Of a stretch of 64,000 nucleotides of DNA, positions 1 to 11,646 are shown one piece after another (the first letter of the stretch is position 1; each line of letters starts with the position of its first letter). The notes beneath the pieces were generated by a model. The model searched no databases and was not told the DNA's origin. It was given only the letters and a program-made list of their open reading frames with translations. The stretch is from an uncultured Gemmatimonadaceae bacterium (GTDB lineage: Bacteria > Gemmatimonadota > Gemmatimonadetes > Gemmatimonadales > Gemmatimonadaceae): NCBI GenBank assembly GCA_963843845.1, contig CAWJMB010000002.1, forward strand, positions 2,208,001-2,272,000, written 5' to 3'. The position numbers were made by a program, and so were the translations under genes.

Positions 1-2
1 GG

Positions 3-534
3 TCAGCCATGCGGCCGGGCGCTGCGGTAGAAGGTGATCGACGTGGTTCCGTAGCGTCGCGTCTCGCCACCGGCCGGCATCGCCGCGTACGACGCGTGCT
101 CGACGCCGAGCACCGAGGCGAACGGCACGTCGAGCCACCGCGCCGCGAGCTGCTGTGCCGCGTCGTGTGCGTACGGCGGGTCGGCGAACGCGACGTCGTA
201 CGCCTCGGCGCTCAGGGCGAGCGCGAAGCGGAGCGCGTCCCCGCGCCGCACCCGTGCCGCGTCGCCCGCGCCGAGCCGGTCGATGTTCTGACGCAGCACC
301 GTGAGCGACGTCGGCGCGCGCTCGACGAAGTCGGCGCTGCGGCACCGCGCGACAGCGCCTCGAGGCCGAGCGCGCCCGAGCCGGCGAAGAGGTCGAGCAC
401 CCGCGCGCCGGGAATGTCCGGCGAGACGATGCTGAGCCATGCCTCGCGCACGCGGTCCGCGGTCGGCCGCACGCGCTCGTCGCGCGGCGCGTCTCGATCA
501 GCCGGCCGCGCCAGCGCCCCGCGACGATGCGCAC
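3..534 (-). CDS. rsmD: 16S rRNA m2G966 methyltransferase RsmD (two apparent frameshifts, ~490 and ~335)
   Basis: N-terminal [11 protein letters not shown], then [29 protein letters not shown] and FADPPY are spread over three frames. Confidence 0.9.
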   Translation of the reverse strand, partial: MRIVAGRWRGRLIETRRATSACGRPRTACARHGSASSRRTFPARGCSTSSPARARSASRRCRAVPQRRLRRARADVAHGAASEHRPARRGRRGTGAARGRAPLRARPERRGVRRRVRRPAVRTRRGTAARGAVARRAVRLGARRRARVVRGDAGRWRDATLRNHVDHLLPQRPAAWL

Positions 535-538
535 GGCG

Positions 539-2320
539 TCAGGTCGGCGAGGGAGCGACGTCGAGCAGCTTCGCCTGCAGGCGACTCTGTCCGCGGTACT
601 CGTCGCGCTCGAGCCGGTACGCGATGTCGACCGCACGCGCGTCGACGAGGCGGGGCGCGCGTGACGCGAGGCCCCAGCCGATCGCCTCGCTCGGCCCGCC
701 GCCGGCGCCGAACCGCAGGCGGAGTCCGTCCTCTCCGACGAGCTCGGGCGGGCCGGCGAGGGCGACGCCGCGCGACACGAGCACTGGCGCCGCGTTGCCG
801 ACGCCGAACGGCTCGAAATGGCGCAGCATCGCCTCGAGCTCCTCGTTGGCGTCGGCGATCGGCAGCTCGAGATCGACGCGGAGCTCCGGGACGAGGTCGT
901 CGACGCCGAGCCGCGCGCGCGCGACGGCGTTGAATCGCTCGGCGAACAGGTCGAGCTTGGCGGCGTCGATCGTCACGCCGGCCGCCGCGCGGTGGCCGCC
1001 GAACCGCTGGAACAGGCCGTCGGCGTTGCACTCGGTGAGCGCCGCGTGCAGGTCGAATGCGGCGATCGAACGGCCGCTTCCCTTGCCGACGCCCTCGTCG
1101 ACTGCGACGAGCACCGCCGGCCGCCCTGTCTCCTCGACGATGCGCGACGCGACGATGCCGATGACGCCGGGGTGCCACCCGTCACCGGCGATGACGAGCC
1201 CGTACGTCGCATCGAGGTCGATCGCGTCGAGCTGCCGGCGCGCCTGGGTCAGCGTCGCGCGGTCGATCTCCTGACGCCGGCGATTCAGCTCCTCGAGCTC
1301 CCGGGCGATCGTGTTCGCCTCGTGCTCGTCGTCGGTCGTCAACAGCTCGACGCCGCGCAGCGCGTGCCCGAGCCGGCCGACCGCGTTGAGGCGTGGCGCG
1401 AGGATGTAGCCGACGCGCCCAGCGGTCAGCGCACGGTCGTCGAGCGCCGCGGCGCGGATGAGGGCACGCAGCCCCGGCAGCGTCGACTCACCCAACATGC
1501 GAAGCCCGTAGCGCGCGAGCACGCGGTTCTCTCCGCGCAGGGGCGCGATGTCCGCGATCGTCGCGAGCGCCACGAGGTCGAGGAGCCGGAAGACGCCGTT
1601 GTCGCTGGCGCCCAACAGTCGCGTGACCGCGAGCGCGAGCTTGAACGCGACGCCGACGGCAGCGAGTCCGCGGTCCGCGGCCGGATACTCGCTATCGGGG
1701 AGGTTGGGATTCAGCAGCGCCACGCACTTCGGCAGCGGGTGTCCGGCGCCCGGAAGGTGGTGGTCGCTGACGATGACGTCGATCCCCGCCGCGGTGAGCG
1801 AGGCGACGTGTTCGTGCGCGCTCGTCCCGCAATCGCACGTCACGAGCACGCCGGCGCCGGCCGCGACGGCCGCGCGCACGCCGGCCTCGGTGAGATCGTA
1901 GCCGTCGGTGATGCGATGCGGAATGAACGGCACGACGCGCGCGCCGAGTCCGCGCAGGACCCGCGTGAGGAGCGCCGTCGAGCACATCCCGTCCACGTCG
2001 TAGTCGCCGTGCACCACGACCGTCTCGCCTCGGCGGCACGCCGTCGCGAGCCGATCGGCCGCGACCGCCACACCCGCGAGCAGCGACGGGTCGTGCAACT
2101 GCTCGAGGCGGGGGCGGAGGAAGAGCCGCGCGGCGTCGGGCAAGGTGTGGCCGCGCGCTGCGACGAGCTGCGCGATGGGGCCGGGGAGGCGCAGCTCCGC
2201 GCTGAGCCTCGCGACGGCGTCGGCGTCGGGGCGCGGCGCGGCGACCCAGCGCGGCTGCGGGCGCTGCCGCGTGCGGGGTGCGGTCGGGCTCACCGTCGGC
2301 GTCGTCGCGAGCGTGGTCAC
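539..2320 (-). CDS. recJ: Single-stranded-DNA exonuclease RecJ
   Basis: GDYDVDG, TCDCG, SDHH, ATIAD, PRLNAVGRL, GSGRS, FGGHRAAAG, EPFG motifs; GTG 2320 chosen as start (ORF track extends to 2329). Confidence 0.95.
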   Translation of the reverse strand: MTTLATTPTVSPTAPRTRQRPQPRWVAAPRPDADAVARLSAELRLPGPIAQLVAARGHTLPDAARLFLRPRLEQLHDPSLLAGVAVAADRLATACRRGETVVVHGDYDVDGMCSTALLTRVLRGLGARVVPFIPHRITDGYDLTEAGVRAAVAAGAGVLVTCDCGTSAHEHVASLTAAGIDVIVSDHHLPGAGHPLPKCVALLNPNLPDSEYPAADRGLAAVGVAFKLALAVTRLLGASDNGVFRLLDLVALATIADIAPLRGENRVLARYGLRMLGESTLPGLRALIRAAALDDRALTAGRVGYILAPRLNAVGRLGHALRGVELLTTDDEHEANTIARELEELNRRRQEIDRATLTQARRQLDAIDLDATYGLVIAGDGWHPGVIGIVASRIVEETGRPAVLVAVDEGVGKGSGRSIAAFDLHAALTECNADGLFQRFGGHRAAAGVTIDAAKLDLFAERFNAVARARLGVDDLVPELRVDLELPIADANEELEAMLRHFEPFGVGNAAPVLVSRGVALAGPPELVGEDGLRLRFGAGGGPSEAIGWGLASRAPRLVDARAVDIAYRLERDEYRGQSRLQAKLLDVAPSPT

Positions 2321-2377
2321 GGCGGTCAATCTACAGGCCAGTTCGTGCCGCGCACACCGACCCCGCGTCGCATGCCA

Positions 2378-4330
2378 TCAGCTCGGCGCGATCGCGTTGC
2401 GATCGTCGCGGAGCTGCGCCTTGCGCGCGATGAGTGCGTCTTTCTCCGCGTCGCTCATGGGGCGGTCCGGGTCGAGCAGCATGGCGTCGATGCGCTTCCG
2501 CTCCTCTTCGATCGCGCGGACCTCGAGCTTGCGCAGCCACGCTCGCACGTGCGTCATCGGGTTCGGCAGCGGCTCGGCGACGAGAGCGTTGACGGCGTCG
2601 ACCTCGGCCTCGGTCATCCCCTCGCACACGGCCTCCAACGACGGCTCGTCGGTCGCCAGCAGCCGCTCGAAGATTCTGCGGTAGACGGGATGGTGAAAAT
2701 GCTCAGGCCCCCAGCGCTCGACGACGGTGTCGACCTGATCGCGATCCTGGAGCATCGACTGGACGAGTCCCTTCTCCGCGGCGGCGATGCGCGCCGACGG
2801 TGTCACCCGCGCGACCGCGTGCGAGCTCGCCCAGTCGTCGGTGCGCCGGAAGCCGCGACGGCGCTCGTCGCCGCGCCCGCGCTTGCGATCGCGCGACCAC
2901 TCGTCGCGAGGGCGCGGCCGTTCCTCGAACAGCACTCCGTCGACGGTGGCGTCGGCGGGCGCGGTCGTCGACGCGCGCGGCGACTCGCGGGCGCCGTCGC
3001 GGATGCCGTCGCGCGACGAGTCGCTCGGCGTCCGGCCGCGGCGCGTCCGATCGCCCTGCGCCGCCTCGTGAAGCAGCACGTCGCGGGCGACGCCCGTGAC
3101 TTCGGAGAGGCGCCCCACGTACAGGTCGCGTGTGAGGGGGTCGGTCGCCGCGCGGATCGTCGGCAGCAGTCGGTCGATCGCGGCACGCTTGCGGCTCAGG
3201 TCCTCGAACCAGCCCTTCCGCTGGATCATCATCACCTGGCGCTCGAACACGTCGACCGCCTGCGTCAGTTGCGCTTCCAGCCCGCGCGCGCCGTGCGCGC
3301 GGACGAACGAGTCCGGATCCTCGCCGTCCGGCAGCGACGCCACCCGCGCCGAGACGCCGTGACGGAGCAGCTCGTGTCCGGCGCGAAAGGTGGCCTTCTG
3401 GCCGGCCGCGTCGCTGTCGTACAGCAGGATCACATGGTTCGTCAGCTTGGCGAGCAGGGCGGACTGCTGCTCGGTGAGCGCGGTACCTAACGGTGCGACG
3501 ACCTCGTCGATGCCCGCGAGCGCGAGCCGGATCGCGTCGAAGTAGCCCTCGACGACGAGTGCGCGCTCCGCCTTGCGGATGGCGTGGCGCGCGCTGGACA
3601 GCCCGTAGAGCAGTCGCCCCTTGCTGAACACTTCCGATTCTGGCGAGTTGAGGTACTTCGGCTCGCCGTCTCCGATCACGCGTCCGCCGAACCCGACGTG
3701 GCGCCCCGACGTATCGAGAATCGGGATCATCAGTCGGTTCCAGAAGCGCGACCGCGCCTCTTCCTGATCGTCGCGCTGCGCCATCAACCCGGCCGCGATC
3801 AGCCGCGCGTCGTCGTAGCCGAGCGCGTGGAGATGTGCGCGCAGCCTCGAGCCGTCGCGCGGTGCCCAGCCCAGCTCGAACCGCGTCGCCGCGTCGCGAT
3901 CGATGTCGCGCGACGCGAGATACTCACGCGCCGGCGCGGCATCGTCCTCGGTCCACAGCGTATCGCGGAACCACTCGGCGGCCGCGGCGTTCGCCTCCCA
4001 GAGCGGCTCGCGCGGGTCGGCAGTCTGCGCGGAACGCTTCTCCTCCTTGATCTCGACGCCCGCGCGGTCGGCGACGTAGCGAACGGCCTCGGCGAAGTCC
4101 ATCCCCATCCGCTCGCGCACGAAGGTGAAGACATCCCCCTTCACGTGGCAGACGAAGCAGTGGTACGAGTTGTAGCGCGGCGACACCGAGAAGTTCGGCC
4201 CCTTGCCGTTGTGGAACGGACACGGTCCGCGGAAGTCCGCGCCGGTGCGGCGCAGCTTCACCTCCTCGCCGATGATCTCGACGATGTCCGCCGCCTCGCG
4301 CACGCGGTCGATCGACTCGGCGGTGATCAC
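2378..4330 (-). CDS. dnaG: DNA primase
   Basis: CPFH...CFVC zinc finger, FGGR, KYLNSPE, VEGYFD, YDSDAAG, DPD TOPRIM motifs. Confidence 0.97.
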   Translation of the reverse strand: MITAESIDRVREAADIVEIIGEEVKLRRTGADFRGPCPFHNGKGPNFSVSPRYNSYHCFVCHVKGDVFTFVRERMGMDFAEAVRYVADRAGVEIKEEKRSAQTADPREPLWEANAAAAEWFRDTLWTEDDAAPAREYLASRDIDRDAATRFELGWAPRDGSRLRAHLHALGYDDARLIAAGLMAQRDDQEEARSRFWNRLMIPILDTSGRHVGFGGRVIGDGEPKYLNSPESEVFSKGRLLYGLSSARHAIRKAERALVVEGYFDAIRLALAGIDEVVAPLGTALTEQQSALLAKLTNHVILLYDSDAAGQKATFRAGHELLRHGVSARVASLPDGEDPDSFVRAHGARGLEAQLTQAVDVFERQVMMIQRKGWFEDLSRKRAAIDRLLPTIRAATDPLTRDLYVGRLSEVTGVARDVLLHEAAQGDRTRRGRTPSDSSRDGIRDGARESPRASTTAPADATVDGVLFEERPRPRDEWSRDRKRGRGDERRRGFRRTDDWASSHAVARVTPSARIAAAEKGLVQSMLQDRDQVDTVVERWGPEHFHHPVYRRIFERLLATDEPSLEAVCEGMTEAEVDAVNALVAEPLPNPMTHVRAWLRKLEVRAIEEERKRIDAMLLDPDRPMSDAEKDALIARKAQLRDDRNAIAPS

Positions 4331-4340
4331 GCGCGCGACC

Positions 4341-6755
4341 TCACTCGAGGTCGACGACGCTCACGCCCGCGCCGCCCTCGTTCCACAGGCCGAGTCGAAA
4401 GCCCTTCACGCGCGTGTCCTTGCGGAGCAACTCGCCGACGCGCTCGCGCAGCGCGCCGGTCCCTTTCCCGTGGATGATGCGTACGCTGCGCAGGTCGGCG
4501 CGCACGGCCGCATCGATCGACTGGAGCAGGTAGTCGTCCATCTCGCCGATGCGCATCCCGCGCAGATCGATCTCGCTCGACACGTGCACGTCCGGCACGT
4601 CGCCGAGCATCGGCACGACGATCTCGGGCTTCGCGCGCTGCTGCGACGTCTTCGTGAGCGTGCGGAGCGGCACGGTCAGCTTCATGACCCCGACCGCGAC
4701 GACGGCGTCCCGGTCGCGCAGCTCGACGAGCGTGCCGACCTTGCCGCCCAGCGTCGCGATCTCGACGGCGTCGCCCTCCGCGAGCGACTCGCGGGCGGTC
4801 GGGCGCGACGCGGGCTGCTGCGGTCGCGTCTTCCGCTCCGCGTTGCGCTCCTCGCGCTCGAGTCGATCGAGCTGCGCATTCTGGCGCGCTGCGGACTCCT
4901 CGATGCCGCGGCGCGCCTCGCGCGCTCTCTCCTCCACCGCGTCCCCGGCCGCCGCACGAAGCTCGCGCACGCGTTCGGTCGATCTCCTTGCGCGCATCGA
5001 GCAGATACCGCCGCGCCTCGTGGCGCGCCTCGCGCTCGGCCTGCCGCTCACGCTCGCGAACGCGCGTCTCGCGCTCCGCCAGCCGCTGCGCGCGGGCCTG
5101 CCCGCTCGCGACGAGCTCCTCGGCCAGCGTCTCGCGATCGGCGAGCAGCTTCTCGCGCGCTTCCAGGTCGGCGAGCAGACGGTCGACGTCTCGCTCTCCC
5201 TTCGGCACGCGCTCGATCGCGCGCTCGACGATCGAGTCGGGCATGTTGAGCCGCCGAGCGATCGCGATGCCGTACGAGCGCCCCGGAATCCCTTTCACGA
5301 GCCGGTACGTGGGCGCGAGCGCGACGGCATCGAACTGGAGCGACGCGTTCACGACGCCCGGGACTTCGGTCGCCAGCTCCTTCAGCGCGCCGAGGTGCGT
5401 CGTCGCGATCGACGTCGTGCCGCGGCGCGTCAGCTCTTCGAGCACGGCGCCGCCGAGCGCCGCGCCCTCGAGCGGGTCGGTGCCCGGACCCCAGCTCGTC
5501 GATCAGCACGAGCGACGCGTGCGGTCGCCGAGCCGACGATCTCGGTGAGATTCTTGAGGTGGGCGCTGAACGTCGAGAGACTGGCCTGGATCGACTGCTC
5601 GTCGCCGACGTCGGCGAAGAAGTCGTCGAACACCGCGACGCGGCTCTCCGCGTCGACCGGTGCGGGGATGCCGCTCTGGGCGAGCAGCGACAGCAGGGCG
5701 AGCGCTTTGAGGAGCACGGTCTTGCCGCCCGTGTTCGGTCCGGAGACGAGCAGCGTATGCTCGTCGCGCTCCATCGCGAGGTCGAACGGCACGACCTCGA
5801 CCCCCTGCGCGAGGAGGAGGGGATGGCGGCCGCGGCGCACCGTGAACCCGTCGCCGGCCCGGACGAGGTCGAACGGTGCGCACTCGAACTCGCGGCCGAA
5901 GCGGGCGCGCGCGTACAGCGTGTCGAGCTCCACGAGCGCGTCGAGCGCGCCCATCATCTCCTCGCGCAGCGGCCGCAGCTCTTCGGTCAACTCGCGCACG
6001 ATGCGGTCGATCTCGCGCAGCTCCTCCGCCTCGAGCTCGCGGATGCGGTTTCCGAACTCGACGGCCGCGGGCGGCTCGACGAACAGCGTCGCTCCGGTGG
6101 ACGAGCTGTCGTGCACGATCCCACCGACCGTGACGCGGGCGTGCGCGCGCACCGGAATGACGTAGCGCCCGTTGCGCACGGTGACCGACATGTCGGTCAC
6201 CTGCTGGTGCGGCTCGAGGCGCATCATCGTGCGCTCGAGCAGCGCGACGAGCTCCCCTTGCGACGCGCGCAGCTCGCGGCGCACGCTGCGCAGCTTCGGA
6301 CTCGCCTCGTCGCGGACGGTGCCGTCATCGGCGATCGCGCGCCCGATCTGCTCCTCGACCCGTCGCGCGCTGACGAGGCGCTGCACGAGATGCGACAGCA
6401 CGGCCACCACGAGCGCCGGCCGCTTCGCGTCCCCCAACGTCTCGCGCGTGCGTCTCGACGACTGCAGGAGCTGCGCACCGGACAGCAACTCGGGCGCACT
6501 CCACGCCGTGCCGGCGACGCGGAGTCTCGCGAGCGGTTCGGCCAGGTCCGGAATGCGCTCCGTCGCCCAGCCGAGATCCGACTCGACGAGCGCGCGCATC
6601 GCAGCGACGCGCCGATGCTCCGCCGTCAACCCGGCGAGGTCGGTGCTCGGCTGCAGCGCGCGGACGCGACGCGCACCGAGGGCCGAGCTGGCGCGTTCGG
6701 CGACGACGGCGAGGACGCGGGAGTACTCCAGGACGGAGAGGGCGTGCGAGTTCAT
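4341..6755 (-). CDS. mutS2: Endonuclease MutS2 (frameshifts near 5490-5520 and ~4985)
   Basis: GIVHDSSSTGATLFVEP, GPNTGGKT, IQASLSTFSAH, LIDELG, TTHLG, GIPGRSYG and C-terminal Smr (IDLRG...IIHGKGTG) across three ORFs. Confidence 0.93.
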
Positions 6756-6801
6756 ACGTCCCTCATTTTACCCTGAACACCCCTCGCCGGTGCCCGCCCG
6801 C

Positions 6802-7245
6802 TCACCTCGGCGTGGCCAGCTCCGCTCGCGCGATCGCACTGATGGTGCTTCCCTCGGCGCGCCCCTTGAATTCCGCCATCACCTTCCCCATCACGGCGCC
6901 GATGTTCGCGGCCCCGCCGTCGATGGCCGAGCGGACGGCGGCGCGGAGCTCGTCCTCGCTCACCGTCGGCGGCAGGTAGCGCTCGAGCCTCGTCGCTTCG
7001 TCGCGCTCCTTCTGCGCGAGCTCGTCGCGACCGGCCGTCTCGTACATCGCGATCGCTTCGCGGCGCCGTTTGATCGCCTTGCGCAGCACGTCGACGACGT
7101 CGTCGTCGGTCAGATCGCGGCGCAGCTCGATCTCCTTGTTCCGCGCCTCGGCGAGCGTCGTGCCCAACACGAGCGTGAGCGGCTTGTCCTGGGCCTTGCG
7201 CGAGGCGGTCAGCTCCGCGTGAAGCCGGTCGAGGAGTGGTGGCAT
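6802..7245 (-). CDS. yqeY: GatB/YqeY domain protein
   Basis: KRRREAIAMYETAGRDELAQKE...YLP, GAVMGKVM, GRAEG. Confidence 0.9.
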   Translation of the reverse strand: MPPLLDRLHAELTASRKAQDKPLTLVLGTTLAEARNKEIELRRDLTDDDVVDVLRKAIKRRREAIAMYETAGRDELAQKERDEATRLERYLPPTVSEDELRAAVRSAIDGGAANIGAVMGKVMAEFKGRAEGSTISAIARAELATPR

Positions 7246-7278
7246 GACGTCGGTGTGGGCGGAACGCAGGGTCGGATG

Positions 7279-7620
7279 TCAGCCGGGCGGCCAACGAAAC
7301 CCGCGTCCGCCGAGCAGGTGCAGGTGAAGATGGAAGACGGTCTGCCCCGCGTCGGGACCGGTGTTCACGACGGTTCGGTAGCCGCCGTCCGCGATCCCCT
7401 CGTCGCGCGCGACCTTCGCCGCGAGCAGCGACAGCTCGCCGAGCATGGTCGCATCGGTCGCCTCGTTCAGCGAGGCGACGTGCTCGCGCGGAATGACGAG
7501 CACGTGCGTCGGCGCGCGGGGGTCGATGTCGCGGAACGCGACGCACCGCTCCGTCTCGGCGACGCGCGCAGCCGGGATCTCGCCGCGGACGATGCGGCAG
7601 AAGAGGCAAGGTTCGGTCAT
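7279..7620 (-). CDS. Histidine triad (HIT) nucleotide-binding protein
   Basis: CLFCRIVRGEIPA, AFRDIDPRAPTHVLVIP, GQTVFHLHLHLLGG, WPPG; ATG at 7620. Confidence 0.93.
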   Translation of the reverse strand: MTEPCLFCRIVRGEIPAARVAETERCVAFRDIDPRAPTHVLVIPREHVASLNEATDATMLGELSLLAAKVARDEGIADGGYRTVVNTGPDAGQTVFHLHLHLLGGRGFRWPPG

Positions 7621-7642
7621 CGGCGCGTGGGGGCGAGAAACG

Positions 7643-8446
7643 TTAGGCGGTGGACCGCGACGGGTCCGAGTCCGACGACCGCGTGGACGGCGGCGCGGGC
7701 GATCCGTGCGAGCGGTGGAGCGCGGCCCGCGCGAACGCCACGCCGACGACCGCGGCTGTCTCGAACCGAAGGATATGCCCCGGGAGCCGGACGCGCGTGA
7801 ATCCCGCCGCGTCGAGCGCCGCCAGCTCGGTGCGCTCGACGCCCCCCTCCGGGCCCACGGCGAGCGAGACCGACCCGCCGACCTCGACGCGATCGATCGG
7901 GACGCCGTCGACGTCGAGCACGAGCCGTGTCGTCCCATCCGGGAGCGCGAGCAGGGCGCGCTCGAGCGACGCGTCGGGGTGCAACGTGGGGAGCCACGCG
8001 GCCTCGCTCTGCATCAGCGCGGCGATCATCCGCGCGCGGATCTTTCCCTGGAACCCGGCGCCCTCGCCGCGCGGCCCGACGCTGTGCGACCGCCGCCAGA
8101 TCGTCGGCCGCCAGCTCGCCACGCCGAGCTCGGTCGCCTTCTCGGCGAGCCACAGCATGCGCTCGCGGTCGGCGACCGGCGCCAGCAGGTGCACGTCGGC
8201 GCCGCGCTCGACGTGCCCGACGGCGCCGAGCTGCACCACGGCGTGCGATTTCGCGAGTCGCGTGACGCGGCCGTCGCTCACGGCGCCGCAGCCGTCACGC
8301 AGCGCGACCGCGTCGTTCACCTCGAGGCGTCGGACGCGCATGTGATGCGCGGCTTCCTCACCGAGCGTGACCATCCCGCCGTCGACGAGGGCGTCGGGGG
8401 AGAAGAACGTCGGCGTCGTCGGTGTGTCGGCGCGCGTGCCGCTCAC
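7643..8446 (-). CDS. rsmE: 16S rRNA m3U1498 methyltransferase RsmE
   Basis: HHMRVRRL, EKATELGV, AVGPEGG, ILRFETAA; follows prmA. Confidence 0.92.
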   Translation of the reverse strand: MSGTRADTPTTPTFFSPDALVDGGMVTLGEEAAHHMRVRRLEVNDAVALRDGCGAVSDGRVTRLAKSHAVVQLGAVGHVERGADVHLLAPVADRERMLWLAEKATELGVASWRPTIWRRSHSVGPRGEGAGFQGKIRARMIAALMQSEAAWLPTLHPDASLERALLALPDGTTRLVLDVDGVPIDRVEVGGSVSLAVGPEGGVERTELAALDAAGFTRVRLPGHILRFETAAVVGVAFARAALHRSHGSPAPPSTRSSDSDPSRSTA

Positions 8447-8450
8447 ACGC

Positions 8451-9290
8451 TCACCGGCGCCGCACGACCGCCGACCACCACGCGTCCTCGACATCCTCCT
8501 CCGAGACCCGAAGCCCGAACGGCGCGAGCGCGTCGATCATCCGCTCGCGCTCGTCGCGCAGGATGCCGCTCAGCACGGCGACGCCGTCCGCGGGGAGCGC
8601 CGCGCTGATCGCCGGCAGTAGTTCGACGACGACGCTCGAGATGATGTTCGCGAGGATCACCCGGACCGGCGCGACGAGCGGCAGCAGCAGCTTGGCGTCG
8701 CCCTGCACGATCGTCACGACGTCCGCGACGCCGTTGCGCCTGACGTTCTCTTCGGCGTTGCCGATCGCGTCGGGATCGAACTCGATCGCGATGACGCGCG
8801 ACGCGCCGAGCTTCGCGACGGCGATCGAGAGCACGGCGCTCCCCGCACCGAGGTCCGCGACGAAGTCGCCGCGCCGAACGACCGTCGGCAGCAGCCGGAG
8901 CACGCCGCGGGTCGTCGGATGATCGCCGGTCCCGAACGCCATCCCGGGGTCGATGACGATCGTTCGCGCCGCGTCGAGCCCCTCCGCGAGCCACGGAGGC
9001 GAGACCGTGAGCGCGCCGAGGTCGTGCGCCGACACGTGCGCCCGCCACCCGTCGGTCCAGTCGAGCGGTTCGGCCGGTGCGATGACGACGTCGGCGTCCG
9101 GGTCGGCGGCGGCGATCGCGTCGCGGATCGCCGCGATGTCGGTCTCGGGCGGGAACTGCGTGACGAGCGTCTCCCCGTCCTCGTGCAGCCCGAGCGAGCC
9201 GGCGTCGAACAGCGCCGTCACGACCCGCTCGCGGCCCTCGTCGCCGCGCGGGCGCACCCGGACGGCGATCCAGCGCGCGTCGTCGGTCAC
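8451..9290 (-). CDS. prmA: Ribosomal protein L11 methyltransferase PrmA
   Basis: [35 protein letters not shown]. Confidence 0.93.
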   Translation of the reverse strand: MTDDARWIAVRVRPRGDEGRERVVTALFDAGSLGLHEDGETLVTQFPPETDIAAIRDAIAAADPDADVVIAPAEPLDWTDGWRAHVSAHDLGALTVSPPWLAEGLDAARTIVIDPGMAFGTGDHPTTRGVLRLLPTVVRRGDFVADLGAGSAVLSIAVAKLGASRVIAIEFDPDAIGNAEENVRRNGVADVVTIVQGDAKLLLPLVAPVRVILANIISSVVVELLPAISAALPADGVAVLSGILRDERERMIDALAPFGLRVSEEDVEDAWWSAVVRRR

Positions 9291-10447
9291 GCGCCGAGCG
9301 CTTCTTTCATCTTCGACCAGAGCCCTTTCGCGCGTGGCGCCTGCTGCGGCGTGGCCGGCTGCACCGTCGCCAGCTCGTCGATCAGCTCGCGCTCGCGCGG
9401 CGAGAGCGTGTCGGGGGTCCAGAGCTGCACGCGCACGTGGAGATCGCCCACGCCCGACGCGTTGACACGCGGCAGGCCGCGCCCTCTGAGGTGAAATACC
9501 TGCCCGCTCTGCGTCCCGGGCGGGATGCGCACCGACAGATCGCCCATCACGCCGGGCGCCGCGACATCGGCGCCCAGCACGAGCTGCGGGTACGTGACGA
9601 GCACCTCGCAGAACAGATCCTCGCCGTCACGCTCGAAGCGCTGGTCTTCCTCGACGTCGAACAGAACGAGCACGTCGCCGCGCGGGCCGCTCCGCGGACC
9701 GACGTTTCCCTGCCCGCGAAGCGTCATGTACTGCCCCGTCGCGACGCCAGCCGGCACACTGATCTTGATCGTCTTGTCGCCGCGCACGCGCCCTTCGCCA
9801 CGGCACTTCTTGCAGGGGGACGCGACGACCGTACCCTCGCCGGCGCACGTCGGGCACGGCGCGACGCTGACGAACTGTCCGAAGAACGAGCGCTGCGCGC
9901 GGCGCACCTCGCCACTCCCACTACACGTCGAGCAGGTCGACGGCTTCGTTCCGGGCTCGGCACCCTGCCCTTCGCAGCGGTCGCACGGATCGAGCAGCTT
10001 CAGCGTGACGGTTTTCTCGACGCCGGTCGCGACTTCCGGGAGCGTGAGCGCGAGCGAGAACTTCACGTCCGAGCCGGTCCGCGGTCCGCTCGCCTGCCGC
10101 CCGCCGCCGCCCCCGAACAGATCGCCGAGCCCGCTCATCCCACCCATGCCGCCGAAGTCGCGCATGAAGATGTTGAGCGCCTCGGAGAGGTCGACGTGAT
10201 GGAATCCTCCGCCGGCTCCGCCGCCTCCGCGCAGCCCCGCCTCGCCGAAGCGGTCGTAGGCCGCGCGCTTCTGCGGATCGCGGAGGGCGTCGTACGCCTC
10301 CGTGATCTGCTTGAACTTCTCCTCCGCGTCTTTCGACCCGCCGTTGCGATCGGGGTGGTACTGCATGGCGAGCTTGCGGTACGCCTTCTTGACGTCGTCC
10401 TCGCTCGCGTCGCGGGCGATGCCTAACGTGGTGTAGAAATCGGACAT
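9287..10447 (-). CDS. dnaJ: Chaperone DnaJ
   Basis: J domain with HPD, G/F region, four CxxCxGxG repeats. Confidence 0.98.
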   Translation of the reverse strand: MSDFYTTLGIARDASEDDVKKAYRKLAMQYHPDRNGGSKDAEEKFKQITEAYDALRDPQKRAAYDRFGEAGLRGGGGAGGGFHHVDLSEALNIFMRDFGGMGGMSGLGDLFGGGGGRQASGPRTGSDVKFSLALTLPEVATGVEKTVTLKLLDPCDRCEGQGAEPGTKPSTCSTCSGSGEVRRAQRSFFGQFVSVAPCPTCAGEGTVVASPCKKCRGEGRVRGDKTIKISVPAGVATGQYMTLRGQGNVGPRSGPRGDVLVLFDVEEDQRFERDGEDLFCEVLVTYPQLVLGADVAAPGVMGDLSVRIPPGTQSGQVFHLRGRGLPRVNASGVGDLHVRVQLWTPDTLSPRERELIDELATVQPATPQQAPRAKGLWSKMKEALGA

Positions 10448-10550
10448 TGGGCGGGCGGAGATGCTGAACTGGGATCGTGAGTGACGACGGGTACGGCGGG
10501 GTCGGTCGAACGCGGTCGATGGGGGAGGCCGGTGAGGATCGCCGCCGGCG

Positions 10551-11609
10551 TCAGTGCAGAAGGTCGGAGACGAGCCGCGACGTGTGACTCACGAGCGCGA
10601 TGACCTTCTCGTAGGGCATCCTCGTCGGCCCGATCACCCCGATCACGCCGCTGAGTCCCCCCATGTGGTACTCGGCGGTCACGACGGTGAACGGCTCGAG
10701 CCGCGGGTCCCCGTGCTCGGTGCCGATCGTGATCGAGACGTTCGGATGTGCCCCCGCGCTCCGCCGCATGAGCGCGGCCAGCTCCTCCGGCGTCTCTGTC
10801 AGCTCGAGCAGCCGTCGCATCCGGTCCGCGCTCGCGAATTCCGGCTGCTCGGCGAGCAGCGACGGCTGGCCGATGACGACGTCGGTCACCTCGGACGTGC
10901 TCGCCGCGTCGAACAGCCGAGCGCCGCCGGCGACGAAGATGTTCAGCAGTTCGTCACCGGACGCGGGTCGCGCGTCGCGGAGTCGGTCGGAGAGCGACTG
11001 CGTGATCTCCTCCAGGCGAACACCGGCGAGCCGCTCGTTCAGCACGCGGCAGACCTCGGACACCGCGTCGTCGGCGATCTCGCCGGGCACCTCGACGAAG
11101 ATCGTGCGGACGCCCCCGCTCTCGAGCGTCAGCACCATGAGGAGCCGGTCGCTCGTCAGCCGCACGAGGTCGATGCGCCGCAGCACCGCCTCGGCGAACC
11201 GCGGGCCGGTCGCGACACCCAACTCCTGCGTCAGCACGCCCAGCGTCTGCGCCGCCCGGCGGAGGATCGCCTCGATGGTCGAACCGCCGGTGCCGATCTG
11301 CTCCGCCAGCCTGGCCTGCTCGGCCTCGCCGACGAGCTCGGGATAGGCGCCGGACTCGGCGATCAGGTCGTCGACGTAGACGCGATACGCCTTGTGCGTC
11401 GGCACGCGACCGGCCGACGTGTGCGGGTGGTAGAGAAACCCCTTCTCTTCCAGGTCGCTCATCGTGTTGCGGATCGTCGCCGGCGACACACCCAGCCCGA
11501 ACCGTCGCGACAGCATCCGTGATCCAGCAGGCTCGGCAGTCGCGACGTAGCTCTGGATCACGGCGGCGAGCACGCGACGCTCCCGCGCCGACAACTCCTC
11601 AAACACCAT
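10551..11609 (-). CDS. hrcA: Heat-inducible transcription repressor HrcA
   Basis: [36 protein letters not shown]. Confidence 0.96.
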   Translation of the reverse strand: MVFEELSARERRVLAAVIQSYVATAEPAGSRMLSRRFGLGVSPATIRNTMSDLEEKGFLYHPHTSAGRVPTHKAYRVYVDDLIAESGAYPELVGEAEQARLAEQIGTGGSTIEAILRRAAQTLGVLTQELGVATGPRFAEAVLRRIDLVRLTSDRLLMVLTLESGGVRTIFVEVPGEIADDAVSEVCRVLNERLAGVRLEEITQSLSDRLRDARPASGDELLNIFVAGGARLFDAASTSEVTDVVIGQPSLLAEQPEFASADRMRRLLELTETPEELAALMRRSAGAHPNVSITIGTEHGDPRLEPFTVVTAEYHMGGLSGVIGVIGPTRMPYEKVIALVSHTSRLVSDLLH

Positions 11610-11618
11610 AAGTTGCTG

Positions 11619-11646
11619 AATATCAAGGACTTCTGAAGGCTGTCAA
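11619..11646 (-). promoter_or_regulatory. Putative sigma70 promoter of hrcA (TTGACA-N16-GATATT), 9 nt upstream of the ATG
   Basis: Perfect -35 in a locally AT-rich patch overlapping the hemW stop; no SD before ATG. Confidence 0.55.

Noticed and set aside
2790..3060. Arg/Asp-rich insert in DnaG as an intein or extra domain
   Set aside because: Low-complexity linker before the C-terminal domain; no intein termini
818..3490. Long antisense and alternate-frame ORFs (e.g. 818-3490 +, 14181-16109 +, 34334-36346 +)
   Set aside because: Shadow ORFs caused by stop-codon scarcity in high-GC DNA opposite clear genes
4341..6755. Programmed frameshifting or pseudogenisation of mutS2, rsmD and alaS
   Set aside because: No slippery heptamers; essential alaS is also hit, so sequencing indels are more parsimonious
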